Positions 50,740 to 62,500 of a stretch of DNA of 64,000 bases are shown here, piece by piece. Origin of the DNA: Ramazzottius varieornatus. Lineage: Eukaryota > Animalia > Tardigrada. The notes under the pieces were generated by a model. That model was not told where the DNA came from. It made no database searches and was given only the letters and a program-made list of their open reading frames with translations. The translations under genes were made by a program, and so were the position numbers. How positions within the stretch are numbered: position 1 is the stretch's first letter; each line of letters opens with the position of its first letter. Location: assembly GCA_001949185.1 (NCBI GenBank), contig BDGG01000001.1, positions 7,328,149 to 7,392,148 of the forward strand, written 5' to 3'.

Positions 50740-52373
50740 ATGTGTCCCTATCGGGTCGTTATGATCGCGCATCTCGTCTTGGTTGGAAGTGTTCTGTCCC
50801 TAGGATCGGTTCGAGACTCTGAAGGTACCGACTTGAACTCCAGTAACACTCGCACCTCTTCTGCGGGATTTCACACTCCGGGTCGCTAAAACTTGCACCC
50901 TCTGTTTGTTCATAGCACGACAAGGTTCTTCCTACGCATACGGTGGAGGGGCGACAACGTGTTGTACACCAGAAGGTAACACTTTTCTTCCGTGCAAGAG
51001 TTGTCTTTACCGTCTTGGCTCTTGCTCACCTTTTTTCTTCCTCATCATAGCATGGCAAGCTGTGGGGAAAACTGGCATTTGCGCCTCTACGAATGACCTG
51101 ACCTACATGTGCTCCAACCTGGAAATGGCTAGGTCGAAGGACTGCATGGGCGAAAATGGCCCATGGTGCTGCTACTGTAAAGTTTCTCTTCTGTAACTGT
51201 ACAGGCATAGTTCATTGATTATTTTGTCTATTAGCGCCACCGAACTCGAACATTCCTTTGCCTGATCCCCAAAGATGTCCGCGACCGACGACGACAACAC
51301 TGGTTCCTACCACTACACACCCTACTACTCTTACCACGTCCACATCCACCACCACCACCACCACCCCCACGACCGCGACCACGACTCGTGCCATAGCTAC
51401 CACAACTACGCCCACAACAACCGCCGCCACAACGACTGCTTCTACCACCGCCGCCACCACCACCACCATCACCACAATACCTACTACCACCCCCACTACA
51501 ACAGCGCCGACATCAACCACAACACTTCCTACCACCACTCCTACATCTCCCACCCCCACCACAACACCAACGAATACTACACCAACTACTACCACCACCA
51601 CAACAATCCCTTCAACCACCACAAGAGCTCCTATGACCACTGTTTTCAGGTGCGCGACCAACCCTATAGATTCACGATGCACTCCTACTACCTACGCCTC
51701 CGCCACTACTACAACGCCTACCACCACTGTGTTCAGCTGTGCCAATCTCCCCAGTGACCCTCGATGCACCACTACTACCACCCCTATTACCACAACTAGG
51801 ACTCCTACTACAACCGTCTTCAGCTGTGCAAACTACCCCAATAGTCCCCAATGTACAGCCAGTACTGCTACTACAACAACCTCAACTAGCACCACTTTCC
51901 GCTGTTTACCTACTTCTACCGATCCGCGCTGCAATACAACTACCACCAATACGCCAGGATTGACTACTACCGGTGTCGCGGACTGCGCGGCAAATCCAGG
52001 AGATCCAGGCTGCACCACCACAGCTGTCAGCACCACGTCGACATCTGGTACCACCACACTTTTCAGCTGTACCAACAACCCAAATGACCCGCGCTGCACC
52101 AAAACGACGACGACGACAAGGTCGTCCATCGGTCCAACTATGGCTCCGACTATAAGTCCAGCGACGGTGCAAACGACCAGAGCGTACATGATAAGTTCTG
52201 GACAAGGCTATGGGCCGTCTTACGGTCGACCACTGCCTCAGCAAAGCGATAGCTCACCAACAGGGGTGGTCGGCGCCGGGCTGACACCCTATATGCGCAT
52301 GCTGCAATGGCCGTCGAATGTGAGGGAAAGGATGTTCGCAGCTGGCGTAACTGCAAATATTGATAAATTATAA
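50740..52373 (+). CDS. Cys-domain mucin cluster gene 2 (secreted; Cys domain, Thr stalk, C-x8-C DPRC loops)
   Basis: Four exons: signal peptide / ARQGSS..TTCCTPE / AWQAVGKTGICASTNDLTYMCSNLEMARSKDCMGENGPWCCY / APPNSNIPLPDPQRC plus a Thr-rich tail. Confidence 0.88.
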
Positions 52374-54426
52374 CATTCGACGACCTGTTTCAACTACCTC
52401 GTAAGACTTTACTGCAGTATTCGTTGCTGTGCTTTTTCATTTCTCTTGATTTTCGTTCCCACTGTGCTTTACATTTACATGGCGGGATACCTGTTCTTGC
52501 TCGGGTTTCTTCGTACCTATCATCGTCAGGGATATCGGAGATCGGGATTAGCCAGAAAGAAAGTCTGGAGTTTCAGTCCTGTCACGAAGCAAAGTTTGCT
52601 TACAAACCACCCCGCGAAACTCACGCATTTCGGGCGCGTCAGCCGTAGTTTTCGACGTTTCCAAATCTTGTTTCACTCACGACCAATTTCAGTTGATCAA
52701 GGAAGTTTAAGTTTCAAACCAACTGGTTTCGAGATAAACAGCCCGTCATGAGAAGGACTTATATTGCAAGCTTTCGTCTTCCACGTCACATTCGGTTCAC
52801 TGTGTTTTAGTCAAGCTACAGTATTAAACAGCCGTTGGTGTGGACATACAGAGGGTAAATGCTGCCTCTGTTTTAGGTACCTTTCCATTCTCTCCCGGTT
52901 TAGAAGAAGTCTTTTAAATTTTAGATACTCGTGACCAGGAGGTCTCGCTTGTGCTAGGCTTCTTTTTTTTGTTTACGAAGTGATATTATGACAAGACGAA
53001 AGCGGGATTACTTTTAACCAAAGAATGCTGATTGTCGAAGCAAAACTTACTTTGTAGATCCACAGTTTTCTTTATCCTCGTTCCGCATAAAATCGTAGTA
53101 CGATGAAAACAGACGTTCATACGTAACATACTATAGAACAGCGACGGACCAGAAAGTTGGAAATTATGGATAACGAAGTGTCGTAAATGAACCGATTCGA
53201 GAAATACTGTATAACACCGCTAGTTGATGCCAATTCTCGAAGACTTTAAAATCTTAATTTGTTGACAGCCCGGAATAAGGCCCATTTTGTCTCCGATGAC
53301 GGCACACTAAAATATGTCATCAGGTCGATGGGGTTCTTGACTGCAGTGCTCTCCGAAGTTCCCGGATGTACTCAATGGTGAATCTGAAACAGAAATAGAC
53401 GCATCGTGTTAGCAACTGCTGCTTCGAAGTGTACTACTGTAACAGGCCAACACTTTACCAGTTTAGAAGTTCTAAAGTGCACGTATTATAGTCCTTCAAC
53501 AACTCACAGGGTATAATACCTCAAGATCATGATTTTGGGAATGCGTTTTCTGGTCCGAATTAAACGAGGCGAAATTCGGTGATGTATGAGAAGCAGCAGC
53601 ATCTCGAACGCGCGGTTTTGTAGACGTATTGCAGACGTGCATTTCCGGCGATGCGGGACATCCATCGCCGGGTCCGTTCAAGCAATGCTAGCAAATTGTG
53701 AAATCGGTTAGTTTGAGGGTCAGGCAACTCGAGCAGGACCTATCATCTGCAAAAACTGAGGTGAGGATTGGAAGAAGAAGTCGCAGCGTGATTGCAGCCG
53801 AAAGCTAAGTTGTAGATTGATCATCCCCATAACTTAGGCAAGAAGGGCATGCGTCAGCCAACTGACCAACGGTCACCGACGACGTCATTGCAATTGTGTT
53901 ACCGCATCAGATATCTTTGCGTAATTTTCCTCTTAGTGTTACACAGCATGATTACAGTATGTGGATCGGTGCGCAACGCATTGCGTTGATTTGCATTTGT
54001 GTATAAATACCTATGTAATGATTATCGTCACTGTTGCTTTGACTGACCAATATTAGGTAAAGAGAGTATTCAATGCCAACGTGCGATACCTTTTGCCGTT
54101 GCTTTTTTACCCTGACTCGAGAAGCGCACTGATCTTCACACCAAAAGTTCGAACGAATTCAACTTCTTCGAAGCAAAGCGCCGTTACACATTCTCGCCCT
54201 TTGACACTGTCGGTCTCAAGCGGTACAAAAACGACCAAGTTTCCGCACTCTTAGACCATAATTTGATTCAGAACACTTTGAAATTTCTCAGCGAAAAAAC
54301 CAGCCAGCAGTATAAAGCGTCAGAACAAGAAATTCGACACATACGTCTGCATTCTTCGACGAGAGCCAATAACCGCAACAGTCGCTTTTCCAACCGGCTT
54401 GAACTCATCAGGAGAAATCCATCATC

Positions 54427-56474
54427 ATGTTTTTGCAATGCGCGGTCTTGGTATTGAACGTCATCTTCGTCAGCCGAGTTTCGTCGGACGGAGTGGAAGG
54501 ATTAGAAGGAGTCAGTCAAGATGTCGAAGGTAATGGGAAGACGTCTGGTTGCGCAATGACATCTCCAACTTCATTCGATGGTGACAGCTGCAACAATATT
54601 CACACTGTCTTTCACGATAGACTTTCCTTGCTTTGTTGCAGCACGGCTATCGTCTTACGATTCGACTGTACCAGCACCCACGACATGCTGCACCCCCGAT
54701 GGTACAGACCCTATCCTTTCTGGAATTTACCCTCGGCACTGCGTCATATTATTTGTTGTTCCAACAGCTCTGAATTTTTTTCCCAACTTTCCGTGTACTT
54801 TCCTTCAACAGTGTGGCAAGCCGTCGGTAAGACGGGCATTTGCGTGTCAACCGACAACTTGGACGCCATGTGCTCCAACCTGGAGATGGCCATGTCAAGG
54901 GATTGCATGGGCGCAAACGGCCCATGGTGTTGCTACTGTGAGAGCAAACTAATGGATTTTTCAAGATGGAGCTCATAAACTTGTAAAAGATAGTAATGGA
55001 AACGGTCTACTTTTCAGCCCCACCCACCTCAAACATCCCCCTTCCAAGCCCGCAAAACTGTCCGCGCACCCCAACCACTGTGGTTCCCAGCATTACACGC
55101 CCCACTGCGCCTTCCACTACCACCTTGTCCACGTCAAGTTCCACAACGACCACAAGCTCGACTTCCACCACAGCGTACTATGCAGTCCCTTCAACGAACG
55201 CGCCCATTACCACCACACGTCCTACTACTACCACAACAACCACGGATTCGATCTCCCCTATGGCATACTATACGAACGCGCCCATTACCACCACAACAGC
55301 CACGGATTCGACTTCCCCTGTGGCATACTATACAAATGCGCCCACTACCACCACGCGTCCTACCACAACCACCACTGCTTCGACTTCCACCACAGCGTAC
55401 TATGCAGTCCCTTCAACGAACGCGCCCACTACCACCACTACAACAACCACGGCTTCGACTTCCCCTATGGCATACTATACAAATGCGCCCACTACCACCT
55501 CGACTACCCCACCTACATCCACCACTCTGTCAACCTCGACAACAGCAGCATACTATACAATGCCTTTGACGAATCCTCCCACAACGACAACAAGCTCAAG
55601 TACCACCAGCACCACGTCGACCACCACAAGGCCATCCACGACGACGACTCAGACTGTTCCTACCACCACCCAATACGCTTACACCATGGCTCCGAAGGCA
55701 CCGCCAACCACTTTCAGCTGTGTAACCAGCCCCAACGACCCACGTTGCATCACCCCTGCACCACCCACCACAACTACCACCCGCACCACCACCACGACCC
55801 AGTACGCCGTGCCAACCACCCCTTTCAGTTGCACTACCACCCCCAACGACCCACGCTGTGTAACCACAACGATGGCACCAACATCGACGACCACAAGATC
55901 TGCCACGACGTCGGCCGTCGATTGCTCTTACTACCCCAACGATCCTCGCTGCGTCACTACCGGCCTTACTAGTCCGCCCACGACGTCAACTACCGCTACC
56001 ACCACTACAACCACAATGCCTATCATGACCACCACATTCGACTGCACTTACAACACCAACGACCCGCACTGTACCACCAGTACCGCTCGTCCTGCTACCA
56101 CCACCGTGTTCAGTTGCACCCCGGGCTCTACCGATCCACGATGCGTTACAACCACCACTGTGCTGCCGACCACACCATTCAGCTGTGCTACCAACCCGAA
56201 TGATCCACGGTGTCCGACAACGACTAGGGTGACTGTTGGCCCAACCATGGCTCCGACTATGGGCCCGATGCCGGTCCCGACGACTGCAGCCTACATGATG
56301 AGTTCTGGACAAGGCTACGGGTCGTCGTACGGTCAGCCACTGCCACAACAGGCTGCTACTTCCTCAACCGGAGTGGTCGGCGCTGGCTTGACTCCCTATA
56401 TGCGCATGATGGACTACAGCTGGCCCTGGAACTTGCGGGAACGGATGCTTGCAGCTGGCCGTCCTTGGCAATAA
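54427..56474 (+). CDS. Cys-domain mucin cluster gene 3 (closest paralog of gene 2)
   Basis: Same four-exon layout; TTCCTPD / VWQAVGKTGICVSTDNLDAMCSNLEMAMSRDCMGANGPWCCY; shares the C-terminus SSGQGYG...GVVGAGLTPYMRM...WP.N.RERM.AAG. Confidence 0.9.
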
Positions 56475-57149
56475 AATGGAATATTTGACTACGCTATTGA
56501 TGCTTGTGCTCTTTGTGGCACTAAAAACTTTCGCTTTCGTATTTTTCTAGATTTTTCTCGCTCTGACGTTTTGCGTGTCGTTCTTTAAGCATCAGAATTT
56601 TGCCATGAACAGTATAATGGTATGCTCTTTTTCATACGACTGTAAAAGTTAATACAGTCCGAAATACACATCGCGCTGTGGCTCCGCAAGCCGGATTCAT
56701 GGCTAGCTATCAGGTCCAACGCATGTGCCATCAGAGTGCGGTACCGATGAAATGTTGGAACAACGTTATCGTAACTTATCGCCAAAATAATATGTCAGAA
56801 AACAGAGTTCCGTGTCGTGCTGACCGTCAAGTGCACTCAGCACAACCTCAAGCTTACCACGAAAAGAGTGGTCGTTCCAGTATTTTAGCGCTAGCTCGGA
56901 CATTTGACCAGTCATCAAAACTGATCCATAAAGTTTGTTGGACTTTCACTTTGTGCCACAATCTGTTTATGGTCTGTCCACCCATGTGTGTCCATCTGCA
57001 CAAAAACAGATGGTTCGTCCTTTTATGATCAGATAAAAGATCGGGCTTGAGAAATTTCACTCTTGCTGTACGCTTCTTCTTCACCATTTAGCACGACTGT
57101 TGCCGTAGAAGGCGATATGCATATTACTTCCTCGCGGGTCGCTTCCAGA

Positions 57150-58804
57150 ATGAGCTTCCGTGTTCCGCCAGCAAATCTTGCATTACTCCTCGTGATTATC
57201 AACTGTCTGCCACTGATATCCTCCAACAAGCCCGAAGGAAGCAGCGCCAATGAGGTTACCCACAAAGGATCCGCCCTGAAGGAAATGTTCAATACATTCC
57301 AACTCCCTACCGAGTTCCTGGAAATCGAGAAGATCAAGAAAGTCCGAACAACTTCGTTGCTCGCTGCTTCTCTCCGGAACAACACCCGGAGCAGCCAACC
57401 ATCGGCAATTCGTGAGGAGATAGTCGTTAAAGCCTGTACACCGGATGCCTTGCCATGGCTTGGACCAAAAGGCTACTGCGTACCCACCAACCTCTTGCTG
57501 ACATTTTGCGGAGAGTACGAGTCCAGTGCTTCCAGCGATTGTCCCCAGACCGAAGGAAACTGGTGCTGCTACAGTAAGAAATGGCCATCGGAAGCAGATG
57601 AGCATTCTCACCGATTATGTATATAATCCATTTGCCAGAACATCCAGTGTTGCTTTTACAGAGCCAACACCAGCAGCTCCATCCATCATGAGTCCTTACT
57701 CGAGGCCCACTTACTTGGACGTCAAGCCCTGTACTCCCGACTTGTACCCCTGGATGGGACCAAAAGGCTTCTGCAGTGCCACAGACCAGCTGAACGAATA
57801 CTGCTCAACGCTGGAAATCTCGGCGTCGAACAGAGACTGCCCTGGAAGGGAAAACTGGTGCTGTTACAGTAAGCCCGCTCCTACAGTATATTCGAGGCAG
57901 GAAATATTATATTCTAGTCTGTGGTAAATACATTTGTTTCTGCTGAAAGAGCCCATACCGAAAGATGGCCCGCTGTACTTGCAACCGTGCCGGCCTGACG
58001 TGTTTCCGCAACTGGAACGCACTGGTTTCTGCGCCGCCACTTACCAGCTGAATGCGTTTTGTACTACATTGGAAATTAGCGTTGCCTCCAGTGACTGCAC
58101 AAATCATCCGGGAAACTGGTGTTGCTACCGTAAGGTGTATTCCTCTTCTATCGTGCTGTACTGCCTGTGAAGCAACCAGCAAATGAAATGAAACAGGCAC
58201 ATAAATTCGACAAGATCGCTTTTCCCAGTGGCGCACGAGTCCAGTCAGTAACACCGGGAACATGCGTCACTTGGGAAACTACTGTCGTCGAGTATGTTTG
58301 CCGAGTTCCCGTGAATATCGTTTCACGTGATTCCACTTTATCTTTCTAGCGCCTCCGCCCCCTTCACACATCACTTACACTTTGTCGCCTGGAACCAGGC
58401 CATCCGTGTCCCCGACATACACAGTCCCAACATCGTCAACGACTCGCACTATCACCAGCACATCTCCATCAACAAGTCCAGCTACAGTGGGGTACCCCAA
58501 GAGTTACTGCCAGACCAACCCGGAGCTCCTCCAATGCCGAAGTACCACGACAACGACGCCCAGTCCCATCGGCTTGCCCAACTACTTTGCTGGAACTCCG
58601 CCATACCTTCCTTGTGCGATATTCGGGTACTTACCCAACTGCGCCACCACAACGACGACATCAACACAGCCTCCGTTACCATCAAGAAATACTTACAATG
58701 TTTACACTAATCTGAAACGTCTACAAGAGCCTGGATTTAACATGAGACTAGGTACCGCTATAGACCCCGAAGAATCTGCAATATTTGGCCGCGAAGGCTT
58801 CTGA
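57150..58804 (+). CDS. Cys-domain cluster gene 4 (three tandem Cys domains, short Thr tail)
   Basis: Signal peptide. Three exons each end in WCCY: ACTPD..GYC..FC..SDC..NWCCY, PCTPD..GFC..YC..RDC..NWCCY and PCRPD..GFC..FC..SDC..NWCCY. Confidence 0.88.
58196..58310. repeat. Hairpin family 1 copy, gene 4 intron
   Basis: gacaagatcgcttttcccagtggcgca[58236-58262]tgcgtcacttggga...gtttgccgagttccc. Confidence 0.9.
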
Positions 58805-59555
58805 GTACATTGTCGGCTGTTCATTGGGTGAATGAAGTATCGATCGTGACGGTTGGAGCATCGGTCAAACCGACGCCGACTGCCCTGAGTTCGAGTCTTG
58901 TGTACGTGGGTAACTTCCACTACGTTTCCTCGTGCGCGTTGTCGGGCTTTTTTGGCGCGTCGAGCACAAAGAAATGTCCTGTACCAAAGCTGTGACCATA
59001 TGACGAGCGTTTGTACGACGTGTGGTAAAGATAAATGAGTGTTTGATTTTGCCGATGGTGACAATAGGGACAATGGCGAGACGGCAAACTACTCAGTCAA
59101 CACGCTGATTATGATCGTGTTTGCGGAGCGAGAACACGAATGATCTTGCAAGTGATCAATAGTATCTAATTAATCTTCTAATGAGGTGGTGATACAATGG
59201 TCTCGTTGGTCCAGTTTGAAAGTGCGTGAATATTTTATCCGAGTAAAAAAGCACCTTTTGTGGACACGCGCTCAGATGTGCTCTTGACATTGGCGTACCC
59301 GATTTTAGGCTTAATGGAAAGCCCAGTAAAAAACCATTTAAAGCCCAACGACAAATTTTCAGTTCAGAACTTGCGACGATTTGTGTTTCTGAATTTTTAA
59401 ACCTAGAGTGAGTTTTTACCTGCGGTAAAAACTAGTGGTGCATCGCTTGACGTCTTAGTCGCTTCTTATCGGTATCTCCAGCATCCAAATATTTCCCCAC
59501 CTGTTCCTCGAATTGCACGTTTGGGACCAGCGGCTGTGCGCAACTGTCAGGGACG

Positions 59556-62500
59556 ATGCCACTTTACCACGTTTGTTTCCTTCTTGCCTTGGTCTTCCAC
59601 TTGGCTTCTGCCGTCTCCAACCCCTTTAACACACTTGGTAAGGATATTCTGGGAAATGACGTCAACCCGTCAGTAAGCGCTTCTTTCTGCCCGATCAGAG
59701 CGGTCGCACTGTTGGATAGACATACCATGCCTGCCTTTTACGGAAAAATGGCTTTCGTAGGGCGCGCTCTCGACTATGGTTACGAACCGATAAAAGCCTC
59801 CGTACCGAAAGTCAGCGTGGAACGGACCATTACCTGTTGTACTCCCGATGGTAAGTCGGTTGAACTACACGCTCTTTAGTCTTCTTTCCATCGGAGGAAC
59901 ATACGGCGGTTTCGTTGCAGTTTTCCCATCGCTGGCCGGTGCAGGAGCGTGTACTTCAACCGAAGATCTCGGTGACATCTGCTCGGCCAACGAAGCATCC
60001 TTCTCGCAAGATTGTGGAGCCTTCGAGGGCAGCTGGTGTTGTTACTGTAAGCAGACACGTTAAATTTTATCTTGCTGGTCGACTAGAAAAAACACTTGTT
60101 GGGTGCGCACCACAACTGTATTACCAATCATACCTGATCTACAGCTCCTCCTGGATCGTCCATCCCGCCTCCTAGCGCACAATGCGGCGGAATTAATAAG
60201 AATGCCATATCGCAGCCGGACGACTTCAACAAGCAACTTCGAACCGAAGATGTGACCAGTTCCCCCGCCACCCAATCCAGCAGTGCAGCCACGACAACGA
60301 GTAACAGTCCAACCACCACCACCAGCACTACCACAGAGGGAACCACCTCTACCACGACTGCTCGTACCACCCCAAGCACAACGTCGTCTGCTACCACGCC
60401 CAGTACCAGTACCAGTACCAGTTCCAGTACTACAGGAACAACACCGACTACCACCAGCTCCTCAACCACACCGACATCTGCTACCACCCCGACAACAACC
60501 AGCTCCACAACTAGCAGAACATCATCCAGCAACCCATCCACAACCAGCTCGTCCACCTCAGGAACCAGCCCTACCACCTCAGCCTCTACTTCCGCCACTG
60601 AAACTAGTCCCACGGCAAGTACCGCCACTTCGACGACTAGGTCCACCAGCACAACATCAGGTACCACCCCCTCGACGGCAATAACAACAGCCACCACCAG
60701 CTCGTCGACTGGTAGCAATGCCAGCTCCACTGCAACCAGCGGTACAACCAGCACAACCAGAATTTCGACCCCCGTAAGCACTTCCGGATCCACGTCCACC
60801 TCGTCAACTGCCGCAGCTAGTAGTACTACCAGAAGTACACCATCCAGCGGTTCTTCAAGCAGTTCTTCAACCACCACTAGCGGAAGCCCAACGACGGGAA
60901 CCAGTACTTCAGCCCCTACCACCACAGCGCCAGCTGGCAGCACCGGTGGACCGACCAGTGGAACCTCTACGGGAATCTCCACTCCGAGCTCCGCTACTGG
61001 CTCAACAGGCAGCGGTACGACGACCATATCAAGCTCTACTGGATCTTCCAGTACTACTGGATCCACAAGCTCTGGTGACACCAGCGGGACAACATCGACT
61101 GCTACAACCACCGCCAGCGGAAGCTCAACGACGGGAACCAGTACTTCAGCTTCTACCACCACAGCGCCAGCTGGCAGCACCGGTGGACCTACAAGTGCGA
61201 CCACCCCTTCGCCTACCTCGACAACTACGGGAGTCTCCACTTCGAGCTCCGCTACTGGTCCAACAAGCAGCGGTACGACGACCACGGCTGGTACCACCAT
61301 ATCAAGCTCTCCTGGTTCTTCCAGTGCTACTGGATCCACAAGCTCAGGTGGCACCAGCGGGACAACGTCGACTGCCACAGCCACCACGACACCCAGTACC
61401 GCTGCAACAGCGGGTACATCTACCACNNNNNNNNNNNNNNNNNNNNNNNNNNNNNNNNNNNNNNNNNNNNNNNNNNGATTCATCGAGTCCTGCTACAGGT
61501 ACAACGGTTACTGGCCCATCCAGCACGACCGCAACAACCTCGTCAGGTGGTAGCTCTGTAACGACTCCCAGTACAGGGACGACTACGGTTCCCGGCTCCT
61601 CAGAAGATCCAGGCGCCACTAATACAGTTACAGGATCGACTGGCACCACTGCCACAGTCACAGCTTCATCGGCAACAGCTACTACTAGTGGGAGCATAGG
61701 TCCCACGACGCCCACCTCAACCTCAACCACAGCAACGGGAACAACGGGTTCAGGCAGTACTGCCACAACTTCGTCAGGTAACACATTGACTGGTGTAAGA
61801 GGCCCTCCCTTACCAGCACCTCTAGTACTTCTATAAATTCCTACAGGCTCCACTGTGACAGGCGTCACCGTCACCGGTGGTACAAGCCCAACCGTCACTG
61901 GTGTAACCGGTAGTGAGTCAACCGGAACTACCACTGCAGGTACTGGCGCCACCGTCACTGGTACCACGGCCAGCAATACCGGTCCTACTACCACTCCCAA
62001 CCCCAACGCTACTGGTACACCCTCCACTACCCCAGTAACCGGAGGCACCGGCACGACTACCCTCAGTACGGGACCGACCGTAACTGGCGTCACCGTCACT
62101 GGTACCACGGCCAGCAATACCGGTCCAACTACCACTCCCAACCCCAACGCTACTGGTACACCCTCCACTACCCCAGTAACCGGAGGCACCGGCACGACTA
62201 CCCTCAGTACGGGACCGACCGTAACTGGCGTCACCGTCACTGGTACCACGGCCAGCAATACCGGTCCAACTACCACTCCCAACCCCAACGCTACTGGTAC
62301 ACCCTCCACTACCCCAGTAACCGGAGGCACCGGCACGACTACCCTCAGTACGGGACCGACCGTAACTGGCGTCACCGTCACTGGTACCACGGCCAGCAAT
62401 ACCGGTCCAACTACCACTCCCAACCCCAACGCTACTGGTACACCCTCCACTACCCCAGTAACCGGAGGCACCGGCACGACTACCCTCAGTACGGGACCGA

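Noticed and set aside
61427-61500. Frame change in gene 5
   Set aside because: It coincides with a 50-N gap of arbitrary length.
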